Numbered from the stretch's first letter, positions 11,027 through 21,547 are shown. The stretch: DNA of 64,000 nt from Deltaproteobacteria bacterium (GCA_031276635.1 JAISMU010000045.1:2955-66954); one strand, 5' to 3'. Notes: generated from the letters alone by a model not told the origin. Translations and numbers: made by a program.

Positions 11027-11406
11027 AAAACACCTCGTAAAAAAGTTTAAATATTACTTTTAATATAAATAATTAGTAATAGTAAATAATTAAATATTAA
11101 GAGTTAAAAAATATTATTATAATTAATTAATAAAAAATAATTTTTTTTACAAATAAGTATTGAAGACAGTTATCTTCGAAACTGAATCAGGACTAGAAAT
11201 TAAACTGACAATAGTTTAGTCTTCATGGGATAATTCTATAAAAAAAAGAATTCCTGTCAATGACAAAAATAAATTTAAGTTATCGGGACTCTATACCCAT
11301 AGATTTTGTTAAATCTAAATTGAGGTTAAAAATTAAAAGGCTCCTCTTGACTACGGACGCGCCTGGCATGTCCATATAATCCGTCAACTGGAGCTTCGCC
11401 CCCAGT

Positions 11407-12717
11407 TTATAAACAAGCCTGACTTTGGCGCGTTAAATTGGGCCAACGGTAACGAATTTCGCCCCCGACCAGGGTCAAAACGGCCCGACCCCGAAATTTC
11501 CGGCCCTCAAATGGGGTGTTGAGGCCCTTGGAAAATCCTTTTTTGGCCTCATAGATAAATTCCAGCTCAGGATCAACTATAGTAATGTCGGCCGGTCCCC
11601 CAGGAGCCAGCGAGCCGCCAGGGAGTCCCAGCAGCCGGGCGGGGTTTCTGGACATGAGCTCAACTAGCCTGGGGATGGGTAGATCGATTTCCCGGGCTAG
11701 CTCCAGAGCTAGGGGTAGACTAGTTTCCAGGCCAGTTATCCCAAAGGCCGCGTCAATGAATTCCACTTCCTTATCCAGAATGGAGTGGGGGGCGTGGTCA
11801 GTGGCGATGACCGAGATGGTTCCATCCTTTAAAGCTTCGCGTAAAGCCTCGCGGTCGGCCTTGGTCCCCAGGGGCGGGTTCATTTTGGCGGCGGAGTTGT
11901 ATTCGCCTACCGCCTCCTCGGTTAAAAAGAGGTAATGGGGGGCGGTCTCGGCCGAAACCGGCAGTCCCTTGGCCCGGGCTGCCCGAATGAGGCCCACGCC
12001 CTGCTGGGTGGAGACGTGGCAAATGTGGAGGGGCTGGCCCGTCAGCTCCACCAGGGCCAAGTCCCGGAAGATGGCGATCTCCTCGGCCTGAGCCGGAATG
12101 CCCGGCAGACCCAGCCGGGCCGACATCCGGCCCTCTATAATGGCGCCTCCGGCGGCCAGAATTGGGTCTTGGGCGTGACTTAAAGGAAGTAACCCAAAGA
12201 CCTGAGCGTAGTCCAGAATCCGGCGCATGACTTGGCTGTCCGCCACCCAGGAGCCATCATCGGTCACCGCTTTGGCCCCGGCCGCCCGGAGATCTTGGTA
12301 CTCGGAGAGTTCCTTTCCTTGCCGGCCCCTGGTCATGGTGGCGGCCAGACATAACCTCGCCCCGGCGATTTCCTGGGCTCGGGCCAAGAGTCCGGTGATT
12401 AAAGGAGCCGAGTCTAGGGGCGGACTGGTGTTGGGCATGGCCAGAACCGTCGTGAAGCCACCGGCCACAGCGGCGGTCAGGCCACTCTGGAGGTCCTCTT
12501 TGTGCTCCTGGCCAGGCTCTCGGAGGTGGACATGCATGTCAATCAGGCCTGGCAGAACCCAGAGTCCTTGGGCGTCAAGCGCCTGCGGCGCCTCCGGTGG
12601 GCTGAGGTTGGGCTCCACCGCCTTGATCCGGCCCTGGTCTATCCAGATGTCGGCCACTTGGTCCAGCTGACGGGCCGGGTCAATGACCCGACCGCCCTTA
12701 ATGAGGCAACTAATCAT
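11407..12717 (-). CDS. pyrC: dihydroorotase
   Basis: Amidohydrolase metal motif DMHVHLREPG, a later ATDHAPH block, and position immediately downstream of pyrB. SD GCGGAG precedes the ATG. Confidence 0.92.
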   Translation of the reverse strand: MISCLIKGGRVIDPARQLDQVADIWIDQGRIKAVEPNLSPPEAPQALDAQGLWVLPGLIDMHVHLREPGQEHKEDLQSGLTAAVAGGFTTVLAMPNTSPPLDSAPLITGLLARAQEIAGARLCLAATMTRGRQGKELSEYQDLRAAGAKAVTDDGSWVADSQVMRRILDYAQVFGLLPLSHAQDPILAAGGAIIEGRMSARLGLPGIPAQAEEIAIFRDLALVELTGQPLHICHVSTQQGVGLIRAARAKGLPVSAETAPHYLFLTEEAVGEYNSAAKMNPPLGTKADREALREALKDGTISVIATDHAPHSILDKEVEFIDAAFGITGLETSLPLALELAREIDLPIPRLVELMSRNPARLLGLPGGSLAPGGPADITIVDPELEFIYEAKKGFSKGLNTPFEGRKFRGRAVLTLVGGEIRYRWPNLTRQSQACL

Positions 12718-12735
12718 GGCAAACTCCGCTCGTGG

Positions 12736-13695
12736 TTAGACGACCAGGCTCTTGGGCCGTTCTGGGTTATCGACAAGAAGGTACAAAAGAGCCATCCGCA
12801 CGGCCACCCCATTAGTCACTTGATCCAGGATCAGGGATTGGGGGCTGTGATAGACCTCCGGGGTCATTTCCACCCCCTGGTTGACCGGCCCGGGGTGTAG
12901 AACTAGGGCGTCGGGTTGAGCCAAAGCCAGTTTAGCTTGGCTTAGGCCATAAACTCGGGCGTACTCGCGAGCTCCAGGAAACAGTTGGCCAGATTGGCGC
13001 TCCAGTTGGATCCGCAGCATGATGATGACGTCCGCCCCTTCCAAGGCGGGCTCAGGGCGGTGGTAAACCTCGACTCCGTACTCCTCGGAGAGGCTCCGGA
13101 CAAGCATGGAGGGCGGCCCGGCCACAGCGACGCGGGCCCCCAGGGTTCCCAGGCCGATGAGGTTACTGCGGGCGACCCGACTGTGGGCGATGTCACCGAT
13201 TATGGCGACTTTGAGGCCCTCAATCCGACCTTTGGGGCGACGAATAGAAAATAAGTCCAAACGGGCCTGGGTGGGGTGGGCGTGGGCCCCGTCGCCGGCG
13301 TTTAACACCGGGCACCTTAAGCGTTGGCCCAGAAACGACGCGGCCCCGGCGGCGGAGTGGCGGATGACCAGGGCGTCTGGGGCCATGGCCTCAATGTTTT
13401 TAGCGGTGTCTAAGAGAGTCTCACCTTTGGCCATGGAGGAGCCGGAGGAGGAGAGCGACAGGGTGTCGGCCGAAAGCCTTTTGGCGGCCACCTCAAAGGA
13501 GAGCCTGGTGCGGGTGGAATTTTCGTGAAAGAAGAGAACCACCAGCTTGCCGCGCAGGGTGGGGACTTTTTTGATTTCCCGCTCAGAGACCTCTCGGAAG
13601 CTTTCGGCCGCGTCCAGGATGGCCATCAGGTGAGCGACCGAAAGACCCCTTAAGTCAATGAGGTCTTTGGGCCAGGTCAGGTTTTCAGAGAACAT
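12736..13695 (-). CDS. pyrB: aspartate carbamoyltransferase catalytic subunit
   Basis: Carbamoyl-phosphate binding motif STRTRLSFE, a HPTQ block and a HPGP block. 319 aa. Confidence 0.95.
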   Translation of the reverse strand: MFSENLTWPKDLIDLRGLSVAHLMAILDAAESFREVSEREIKKVPTLRGKLVVLFFHENSTRTRLSFEVAAKRLSADTLSLSSSGSSMAKGETLLDTAKNIEAMAPDALVIRHSAAGAASFLGQRLRCPVLNAGDGAHAHPTQARLDLFSIRRPKGRIEGLKVAIIGDIAHSRVARSNLIGLGTLGARVAVAGPPSMLVRSLSEEYGVEVYHRPEPALEGADVIIMLRIQLERQSGQLFPGAREYARVYGLSQAKLALAQPDALVLHPGPVNQGVEMTPEVYHSPQSLILDQVTNGVAVRMALLYLLVDNPERPKSLVV

Positions 13696-13744
13696 GGGAC
13701 ACCTATGCCCAGATTTTGTCGGCCCAAATATTGGTGGGTCCGGT

Positions 13745-13771
13745 CAAAAAAAAACCCCTCGGTTGAAGGGG
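13745..13771 (-). terminator. rho-independent terminator (lepB terminator and/or pyrB leader attenuator)
   Basis: On the minus strand CCCCT/AGGGG forms a stem with a 7-nt loop, followed by a run of 9-10 T (A-run 13745-13754 on the + strand). It lies between the lepB stop and the pyrB start. A second palindrome, GCCAGCGCGCTGGC, is at 13796-13809. Confidence 0.5.
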
Positions 13772-13864
13772 AATAAGAAACATTAAGCGCGAAAGGCCAG
13801 CGCGCTGGCGGGGCAAGGCCACGCTGGTGGGCGTCATTCCGTCCACCGAGACAATTTTTTCCAC

Positions 13865-14539
13865 CTACTCAACTTTTCGCCCCAGGCGCTCAAATCTGAG
13901 TCTTTGGGTAAATGAAAGATCTTTTTCTGGGTTCCAGGACCAGTAAATTCGCCAGGCCTTGCCGCGCAAAAGCGAGGAGCTCACGCAACCCCACATTCTA
14001 GAGTCGTTGGACTGGTCGCGGTTATCGCCCATCATAAAATAACTGTTGGCCGGAACTACGGTGGGTCCGAAGTTGCGATAGTGATTGGGGAGCTCGGTCT
14101 GGCGGTAAAAGGCGTGGGGGTCGGCGATGGGCTTGTCATTAATGTAAATCTGGCTGGCGATGATCTCCACTTTTTCCCCCGGTAGCCCGACCACCCTTTT
14201 GACAAAATCGGTTTTGGGATTTCCCGGGTATTTGAAGACCACCACATCCCATCTCATGGGTTCACCAACTTTTATCCAGACTTTGTTGGTAAATGGATTT
14301 CTCAGTCCATAGGAAAATTTGTTGACTAATACTCGGTCGCCTTCCAGAAAGGTTGGGATCATGGAGCCTGAGGGAATGTGGAAGGCCTGAATTATAAAAG
14401 AACGGATTAACAGGGCCAGAACAATGGACAGGGCGATGATCTTGCCATATTCCCAAATCTGCGTGGTCCAGGGTATGGCGGCCTCGACTTTGGCCTCCGG
14501 GGCTGGTGTGGTCGGAACGGGTTTTTTGGATTTTTTCAT
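13865..14539 (-). CDS. lepB: signal peptidase I
   Basis: Catalytic Ser box (IPSGSMIPT), Lys box (KRVVGLPGE) and the GDNRDQSNDSR box. There is one N-terminal TM helix. Confidence 0.93.
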   Translation of the reverse strand: MKKSKKPVPTTPAPEAKVEAAIPWTTQIWEYGKIIALSIVLALLIRSFIIQAFHIPSGSMIPTFLEGDRVLVNKFSYGLRNPFTNKVWIKVGEPMRWDVVVFKYPGNPKTDFVKRVVGLPGEKVEIIASQIYINDKPIADPHAFYRQTELPNHYRNFGPTVVPANSYFMMGDNRDQSNDSRMWGCVSSSLLRGKAWRIYWSWNPEKDLSFTQRLRFERLGRKVE

Positions 14540-15327
14540 AATTTTAATTAATTATTAGTTGACATTGCTTTATTTTTCTTTATGAAGAAAAGGTTAAAAG
14601 CGAAAAAAAATAAAACGGATAAAATTAAAAGCAAATATTGTTTTTTAATCCAAAAACCGATCTTAAGGCCTTCTACCAACCTTCTGGTCCAGAAAATCAG
14701 CAAATTTAAAGAATAAGCTTGATTACCAGTAAAAAAAATATAAGCAATCCAAAATATAGTAATTTTTAACCAAGGACCTTATCTCCTAGATTATTTTGGA
14801 GGCCAGGCCCAAAAAGGTCAAAACAGCATAACACAAATAAAAGAAAAAAAGAGCTTTTTTCCGCCGCCAGTCTGGCCAGGTGGTATTCTCTGGTCATGGG
14901 CCGGATTAGGTGGGCGGAACATTGGAATTATATGAATAAATATAAAAAAAGTCAAGGTTTTTAAGGTCTTGAGCCATACTGGGAGCTTTAACTTGTCTTG
15001 AAACTCTCCCAACAAACTTTTTCTAACTATTTGAACTTTTATTACTAATAAATATAATAATTTATAAAATAATTATTATAAATAATAATTTAATAATTAA
15101 AATTACATAATAATCTTAACAATTTAATGTAATGTCTTCTTGAAATGCAAGTCAAGAGACTTTTGCTAATTTAATCGCTCCTGCCAAGGGAACGGGAAAA
15201 ATTTAAGGGTATTTGCCAATCCCAAGGTTATCGGAGTATACTCCAAAGAAATCATGGCTCCAAAAAAACCGAGCTCGGCTGGTTCAGCCGGGAGAAGGGT
15301 GGCTTATTTTGGGGGAAGGAAGAGAAA

Positions 15328-15603
15328 ATGGCCAGCGATGATGATATCACCATGGAAGAGGCCAGGGCGGCTTTAGAGGACCCGGTTAAGGGTAGCCTGC
15401 GGGTTTTGAAGGCCCTGGGCCGGCAGCGGGACATCTTTCGGGACCAGCTGGAAAACGGGGCGATTCGGTTGGAGGCTTCCAATGACCTGGAGACGGTGGC
15501 CGCCGAGGCGGCTTTGGCTGATTATACCCAAGCCGCCCAGGCTGAGGGGGAGCGGGTTCCCAAAATCGCCATTGTCCGGCCCAAGGTCTTTGAGTGGAAG
15601 TGA
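15328..15603 (+). CDS. hypothetical acidic small protein
   Basis: 91-aa ORF in GC-rich DNA with an SD (GGAAGGAAGAG) upstream of the ATG. No recognisable family. Confidence 0.45.
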   Translation: MASDDDITMEEARAALEDPVKGSLRVLKALGRQRDIFRDQLENGAIRLEASNDLETVAAEAALADYTQAAQAEGERVPKIAIVRPKVFEWK

Positions 15604-17038
15604 GCCGGTCAGTCAGGTTGGCGGTGGGGAAAATTCTCCAGCGTTGTTCGGCCCAAGGGAAGGTCGACCTTTACTTCATTCTTTTTTATCGCGTCTGGCC
15701 TTAAAAAATACAAAATTTAGAAATTAACATGGTAAAACTAGTATCGAGAGTTCTATAAATTATCATCTTTATTCTTTTTCAGGGTATGTTATAAGATTGA
15801 TAGTTTTCTTTAAAGATCTAGTTTGAACAACTCCTTCTTTAAGCTATATAGATACCATCATATATTATTTTTTTAATGTTAAATTTATCTGCAGTTAAAT
15901 AGATAAAATGATCTATTTAACTATATTTTTGCTCCCTTTAGCCCGACCTAGTGGTCTTTTCCTTTCAGAATTCCGTTCAAATTCAGGGATGACTGAGGTC
16001 TTCTTGTTTTTACGCCCTTTTTGTACGCCTCCTGAAGCCAAAGGATTCTTTTGTAGCGGGTTGCCACTTTCAAGAGCGAACGGACAATCTAAGTTCAATC
16101 GCCCGAAGATTTCTTTTTGTTGTATAGTTAGATCTTCTAGAAATACTACATAATAATATATTTTAATCAAATAATTGCATATAACCTTTAAAGTTGAATG
16201 CGCACAGTATTTAGAAGAAGATGGGTGATAATTTAAATATTAATATAATAACTAAAAATAAGATTAATAAAATCAATCTAAGTGTACCTTCTGAATAACT
16301 TCTGAGTGGTGATTAATCTCTGTAAGTTTTATTTAAGCCAAAAATTTGCTTAATATCATGCTTAATATAATATAAAGGTAAAATTAAAATAATATAAAAG
16401 TTATTTAGCGATAAAATAGTAAACTTTATATTTAAAATTCAATATAATTTATCTTCATGCTTTTTATGAAAAATATAATAGTATATAAGTAATTACCAAA
16501 TAGTAATATGTGCGCAAATGAGTGCGCCTTATCAGCGCGGCGTGAGTCCACGTCAGGGAAGCGTCAGTCTCCCTGAAGCCGATCGTAACTGCGTCACCGT
16601 GAAGTGGGGTGGGGAGCGACTAAAAAATGCAACACATTTTAAGAGATTGTCGTCCAAATTCAAATAAAATCGTCTTTAGATAATTTATTGCTATATAATA
16701 TATTTTAGTTTATTTAAGATAATTAAAAATATTAAATATTATATTAGGGTAGGGAAGGGTCTCTCTTCCCCTACCTCCGATCCGGCTTTTCCATCGGCTA
16801 TCTGGTTTTGGGCCGGGTTGAGGGTTGGCCGCCAGGCATAAATTAAAACACCGACCGCTGTTAATTTTGGTCTATTAAATCCCGCCAAATATTGATATAA
16901 TTTATAAATTATTCTATCAGGCCACTCTCAACCAGCCCGAGGATAGCGGGCTAGTTGGCTGGCCCGGACCTTAGGCCGCTTGAGACCTGAGGGTTGTTTC
17001 CGGCCTATGGGCCAGAGTATTGGGGGACGGGGTTTTCT

Positions 17039-17818
17039 ATGAGCGCTTTGGACATAGCCCTGACAGTCATATTGGCTTATTTTTTCATCAGGGGCGTCTT
17101 TCGAGGGCTGGTCAAGGAAATTGTCGGCATCCTGGGCCTTTTTGTGGCTTTTTGGGCCGCCAGCTCCTATTGGTCCATCGGCTCGGAGCAGCTGACCCCT
17201 CTCACGGACAATTCCACTTTTCGGGGCGTGTTGAGCTTTATGATCATTTATATGGTCATCTATTTTCTCATCGGGCTCATCTCAATATTTGTGGATAAGA
17301 TTGTCAAGATGACCATCACCCCCTTTGTGAGCGGCCTCTTTGGGGCTTTTCTGGGGGCCTTGAAGGGAGTCATTCTCTGTGGCATCATCCTGGCCGCGAC
17401 CACGGCTTTTGTGCGTCCCGACCAGGCTTTTTACACCGAATCCACCGTCTGGCCCATTATCCAGCCTTTAACGACCCAGGTCAAAGCCTGGATTCCCACT
17501 GCCCTGCGCCAGTTGATGTCCCCAAGGGAGGCCAGCCGAGTTTTAAGACCGGAAACCGCTTTGACTCAGACTGTGCCGGCGCCTACGGATTTTCAGAGCC
17601 TTAAAAGGATTTTAAGTGATCATGGGAGCCTAATCAGCCAGGGCTGGAAAGAAAAATTCAGTAACCTTACCGGGCCGGAAACCCTTGATCCCGAAGATCT
17701 CAAGCGTTTTATCCGGGATCACCCCAATCTGTTTGCGGTAACCCCCATTCCCCAGCCAGCCCCGCGACCGTCCCCGGTCCCGCCCTCGCCCAGCTGGCCC
17801 AGCCCCGCCCAGGAGTGA
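17039..17818 (+). CDS. cvpA: CvpA-family membrane protein with proline-rich C-terminal tail
   Basis: The N-terminus MSALDIALTVILAYFFIRGVFRGLVKEIVGILGLFVAFW is typical of colicin V production protein CvpA, and there are four TM helices. I prefer the internal ATG at 17039 over the ORF-track start at 16994. Confidence 0.78.
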   Translation: MSALDIALTVILAYFFIRGVFRGLVKEIVGILGLFVAFWAASSYWSIGSEQLTPLTDNSTFRGVLSFMIIYMVIYFLIGLISIFVDKIVKMTITPFVSGLFGAFLGALKGVILCGIILAATTAFVRPDQAFYTESTVWPIIQPLTTQVKAWIPTALRQLMSPREASRVLRPETALTQTVPAPTDFQSLKRILSDHGSLISQGWKEKFSNLTGPETLDPEDLKRFIRDHPNLFAVTPIPQPAPRPSPVPPSPSWPSPAQE

Positions 17819-17821
17819 GCC

Positions 17822-18658
17822 ATGGCTGAGGCTAAAACAGATTTCAGGCCTGCCTCGGAGCCCAGCTTGACCGCGGAGGCGGCTCTGGGGCGACTGAATG
17901 GTCTGATCGAGGCCCTGGTCGATCCAGAGAGTGGTTGTCCCTGGGACCGCGAACAGACCACCGCGAGCCTGACCGAGGATCTTTTGGAGGAGACATGCGA
18001 GCTGCGCGAGGCCCTGCGGCTGGACCAGGGCCCCGGAGTTCTGGAAGAGGGCGGGGATTTGGCCTTTGTCCTGGTCTTCATCGCCTATCTGGCGGAAAAG
18101 AAATGGGGTTTTGGCTTAAAGGATATGATCGACGCGGTGGTGGATAAAATGGTCAGCCGCCATCCCCATGTCTTTGGCGATGTTCAGGGGATCGCTGACA
18201 GCGAGGGAGTTTTAAGGCAGTGGCACCAGATTAAGCGGCAAACCCGAAGCCAGGGGGTTCTGGCTTCTGTGCCAGTGGCCATGCCCGCTCTGGCCCGTTG
18301 CCATCGTCTCTCGGCCAAGGCGGCCCGGGCCGGGTTTGATTGGCGGGAGGTCGCGGCGGTCCGGGAGGCTTTGGACCGGGAGCTCATTGAGCTGGACGCG
18401 GAGATCGCCCAGGGCGATTTTAAAAATCCCCTGCGCCAGGCTCGCTTGCGGCACGAGTTAGGTGACACTCTCATGGCCACGGCCAATCTGGCCAGACACC
18501 TGGGCTTTTCTGGGGAAAAAGCCCTGGACGAGGCCAACGATCGATTTGTGAGTCGCTTCTCTTATATGGAAAAGAAGCTGGCCGAGGATAATTTAAAGCC
18601 TGAGGACGTGAGCTCCCAAGAGCTGGAGAGGTTGTGGCAAGAGGCCAAAAGAGTCTGA
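17822..18658 (+). CDS. mazG: nucleoside triphosphate pyrophosphohydrolase MazG
   Basis: The CPWDREQT motif, EExxE(L)xEA helices and the tandem MazG-domain layout. Confidence 0.87.
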   Translation: MAEAKTDFRPASEPSLTAEAALGRLNGLIEALVDPESGCPWDREQTTASLTEDLLEETCELREALRLDQGPGVLEEGGDLAFVLVFIAYLAEKKWGFGLKDMIDAVVDKMVSRHPHVFGDVQGIADSEGVLRQWHQIKRQTRSQGVLASVPVAMPALARCHRLSAKAARAGFDWREVAAVREALDRELIELDAEIAQGDFKNPLRQARLRHELGDTLMATANLARHLGFSGEKALDEANDRFVSRFSYMEKKLAEDNLKPEDVSSQELERLWQEAKRV

Positions 18659-19980
18659 CCGTCCATCTGGTCTCCCTGGGGTGCGCCAAAAACCTGGTGG
18701 ACAGCGAAAGGCTTCTGGGCCTTTTGTCCGATCTGGGGCTGGCGCCGACTACCGAACCGGTCAAGGCCGATCTGATCGTGGTCAACACCTGCGCCTTCAT
18801 TGGTCCGGCCGCCCAGGAGTCCATTGAGACCATCCTGGAGCTGAGTCAACGGCGCAAACCTGGGGCCAAGCTGGCGGTGGTGGGCTGTCTTCCGGCCCGG
18901 GATCGCTCCGCCCTTTTGGCTGATCTACCCGAGGCGGATCTACTGGTGAGCCGGGCTGAGTACGCCCGTTTGCCTGAGCTGGTGGGCGAGCTTTTCCGCC
19001 AAAAGAACCCGCTTAGGAAAAAGCCTTTTGAGGCATGGCCGCGACTTTTAGGCACGCCTCCGTGGCGAGCTTTTCTCAAGATCGCCGAGGGCTGTGATAA
19101 CCATTGCGCCTATTGCCTGATCCCGAGGATCCGGGGGGCGCTGGTTTGTCGATCCCTGCCGAGTCTGATCAGCGAGGCTCGGGAGTTGGCTCGGCGAGGG
19201 GTTCAGGAGCTGACCCTGGTGGCCCAGGATCTGACGGCCTGGCGAGATGGAGAGAGGGATCTGGGCGAATTGGTGGCGGCCCTGGCTGGGATTAAAAGCC
19301 TTAAGTGGTTACGCCTCATGTACGCTTACCCCAATCGTTTGACTGAAAAGCTGGTCAAAAGGCTGGCCCAAACCCCCAAAGTGGTCCCCTACCTGGATCT
19401 ACCCATTCAGCACGCCGCTCCCCAGGTTTTAAAGCGCATGGGCCGACCTTATGTGGACTGCCGGAAATTGGTTAATCGCTTACGGAAGTGGTGGCCGGGG
19501 GTGGCTCTGCGAACCACTTTAATGGTGGGGTTTCCCGGGGAGACGGAGGAGGATTTTGAGAAATTGCGCTTATTGGTAACTGAGGCTCGGTTTGAGCATC
19601 TGGGGGTGTTTCAGTTTGAGCCGGAGGAGCCCGCCCCGGCCGCCCGGTTCCCGGATCAGATTCCTCGGGCCGTGGGGAAGAAAAGGCGCTCAATACTGTT
19701 GAGCCTCCAGAAAAAGATTGCCCTGGCCCACCAACGCGCCCGGCTCGGGGAGGAGCTGACGGTTCTGGTGGAGGGTCCGGCCACTGAGAGCTCCCTGGTC
19801 ATGACAGGGCGAGCCTATTTTCAGGCCCCGGAGGTGGATGGGCTCATCTATTTTGACGGTCCCCAGCCAGTCAGCGGTCAAATGGTCCAGGCTAGGGTCC
19901 TCAAAGCCCAAGCTTACGATCTGGCCGTTGGCCTGATTGAGCCGAAGGCGGCTCTGGGGTCAAGGGCGTCTCAACTATGA
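18634..19980 (+). CDS. rimO: ribosomal protein S12 methylthiotransferase RimO (radical SAM)
   Basis: N-terminal UPF0004 cysteine pattern (SLGCAKN, NTCAF), radical-SAM motif CDNHCAYC, and a C-terminal TRAM-like segment. The GTG start overlaps the mazG end by 25 nt. Confidence 0.88.
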   Translation: MARGQKSLTVHLVSLGCAKNLVDSERLLGLLSDLGLAPTTEPVKADLIVVNTCAFIGPAAQESIETILELSQRRKPGAKLAVVGCLPARDRSALLADLPEADLLVSRAEYARLPELVGELFRQKNPLRKKPFEAWPRLLGTPPWRAFLKIAEGCDNHCAYCLIPRIRGALVCRSLPSLISEARELARRGVQELTLVAQDLTAWRDGERDLGELVAALAGIKSLKWLRLMYAYPNRLTEKLVKRLAQTPKVVPYLDLPIQHAAPQVLKRMGRPYVDCRKLVNRLRKWWPGVALRTTLMVGFPGETEEDFEKLRLLVTEARFEHLGVFQFEPEEPAPAARFPDQIPRAVGKKRRSILLSLQKKIALAHQRARLGEELTVLVEGPATESSLVMTGRAYFQAPEVDGLIYFDGPQPVSGQMVQARVLKAQAYDLAVGLIEPKAALGSRASQL

Positions 19981-20951
19981 GCGAGGATTTCTTAAAAACC
20001 CTGGCCCCCTTGATTGAACGGCTCAACCAGACCCTGGCGGCCATCCTCAGTGACTCGGGGGGGTTCGCCACTCAGGTTGGTCTTTATGGCTTGGAGGCCG
20101 GGGGCAAGAGATTAAGGCCCTTGATGTTCTGCCTGGCCTGTGAGTCTCTGGGCCAGCCTCTCGACGAGGGGACCGTCCGGCTCTCCACCGCTTTTGAGCT
20201 TCTGCATCTAGCGACTCTTTTCCATGACGACATAATTGACATGTCCGAAACCCGGCGAGGCCAGCCAGCCGCCCACCGGGCCTTTGGGGTTCCAGAGGCG
20301 GTTCTGGCGGCCGACTACCTTATGGCCAAATCGGCCGAAGTGGCCCTGTCCACCAACAATATGGCCTGTTTTCAGGTTTTTGTCCATATCATCAAAGAGC
20401 TGAGCCTCGGGGAGCTGGACCAGCTGAAAAATCAAAACGAGGTCCAGCTGAGTCGCGAGGCCTATGAGCTGACTATTTACCGGAAAACCGCCGCTCTCAT
20501 GGAGGGGGTGGGATTGACGGCTGGTCTGTGGCTGGCGGCGAAGGAAAATTTGACCGAAGCTCTGGGCGCGTATGGCCGGGGGGTCGGGCTGGCCTTTCAA
20601 ATCATTGATGACGTCCTGGACTATGAGGGCCAAGCCAACCAGTTAGGCAAACCCGTGGGCCAGGACCTCGACGAGGGGCGAATAACCTTACCGTTCATCC
20701 TGGCTCGGGATCAATTGCCGGCCCAGGCGAGAAAAAGGCTTCTGGCTCTGGGCTCCCAGCGGTTTTTAAAGCCGGAGGACAAGGCGGAGATTATTGACCT
20801 GGTCATCCAAGGTCAGGGGGTCCAAGCGGCCAAGGTGGTGGCCACGGCCAAGGCGGACCAGGCCATCGCCGCCTTGGGGAAGATGCCCCCGTCCCCGGGC
20901 CGGGAGCGGCTGACCCAGTTATCTCTGGCCACCCTGGCCAGAGAAAAATAA
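19977..20951 (+). CDS. polyprenyl diphosphate synthase (long-chain trans-prenyltransferase)
   Basis: First and second aspartate-rich motifs are present (LFHDDIIDMSETRRG and IIDDVLD). 324 aa. Confidence 0.88.
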   Translation: MSEDFLKTLAPLIERLNQTLAAILSDSGGFATQVGLYGLEAGGKRLRPLMFCLACESLGQPLDEGTVRLSTAFELLHLATLFHDDIIDMSETRRGQPAAHRAFGVPEAVLAADYLMAKSAEVALSTNNMACFQVFVHIIKELSLGELDQLKNQNEVQLSREAYELTIYRKTAALMEGVGLTAGLWLAAKENLTEALGAYGRGVGLAFQIIDDVLDYEGQANQLGKPVGQDLDEGRITLPFILARDQLPAQARKRLLALGSQRFLKPEDKAEIIDLVIQGQGVQAAKVVATAKADQAIAALGKMPPSPGRERLTQLSLATLAREK

Positions 20952-20992
20952 GCCCCACTTTGACTAATAATTAGAGTTTATAGGAGCCATTT

Positions 20993-21547
20993 ATGACCCG
21001 ATATATCAATTTTTTACTCCTGACCCTGGTCTTTCTGGGCCTGACCGGCTGCGTCAGGCCCATCATCGCCCCCTTTGGCGGCAAGGACTCGCCGCCCCTA
21101 GAGGGGGAGAGTTTCGCCGAGTTTCTGGACGTGCCCTATCCGTCAGTCATGGGCCTGGACCGCCAGTCAACCTATGTTTACAAAAGGCGGGGGATTCAGG
21201 CCGGGACCATTGTGGTGGCCGGTCGGATGACCGTGGACGAGGTGGGTGAGTATTATGACCAGCATCTGCCGTCCCACGGTTGGTCGCCCTTGGCCGAGGC
21301 TCAGGGCTCCAAGCTGGTGTCGACTTGGACCAAAGATAAGAAGGTCTTGACCATCATTGTCTCCAGTGTTTTCTCTATCACTGGCCAGGACTCTCGGGTG
21401 GAGATCTGGGTCTCGCCCCCGCATCTGAGCTCGGATCTGGGCCAGCGGGTTGTTTACAAGAAGCCTCCAGAGCCAGGGGAGACTTACTCGACCACCCCTC
21501 AAAGGCGGCCTAACAAGGGGAGCGTTTCTGAGGAGAACCTTGAGTAA
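20993..21547 (+). CDS. hypothetical lipoprotein
   Basis: Signal peptide with lipobox (FLGLTGC). 184 aa. No recognised domain. Confidence 0.6.
   Translation: MTRYINFLLLTLVFLGLTGCVRPIIAPFGGKDSPPLEGESFAEFLDVPYPSVMGLDRQSTYVYKRRGIQAGTIVVAGRMTVDEVGEYYDQHLPSHGWSPLAEAQGSKLVSTWTKDKKVLTIIVSSVFSITGQDSRVEIWVSPPHLSSDLGQRVVYKKPPEPGETYSTTPQRRPNKGSVSEENLE

Noticed and set aside
14818-15015. 65-aa minus-strand ORF upstream of lepB, and the 84-aa ORF at 26490-26744
   Set aside because: Both lie in AT-rich low-complexity DNA with no SD and no recognisable features. They are short enough to arise by chance.
15908-16170. Overlapping 81-aa (+) and 85-aa (-) ORFs in a GC-moderate patch of an AT-rich island
   Set aside because: I cannot decide the strand. 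The minus-strand product has a basic tail (KGRKNKKT...RKRPLGRAKGSKN) but no motif I recognise. It may be a gene relic and is left unannotated.
16510-16620. Possible group II intron 5' end (sequence begins GTGCG)
   Set aside because: There is no domain V-like sequence, no intron-encoded reverse transcriptase ORF and no 3' AY boundary context anywhere nearby. GTGCG alone is too short to mean anything.
21450-21539. Upstream extension of coaBC
   Set aside because: It overlaps the preceding lipoprotein gene by about 100 nt and adds non-conserved residues. The TTG at 21540 gives the canonical length.
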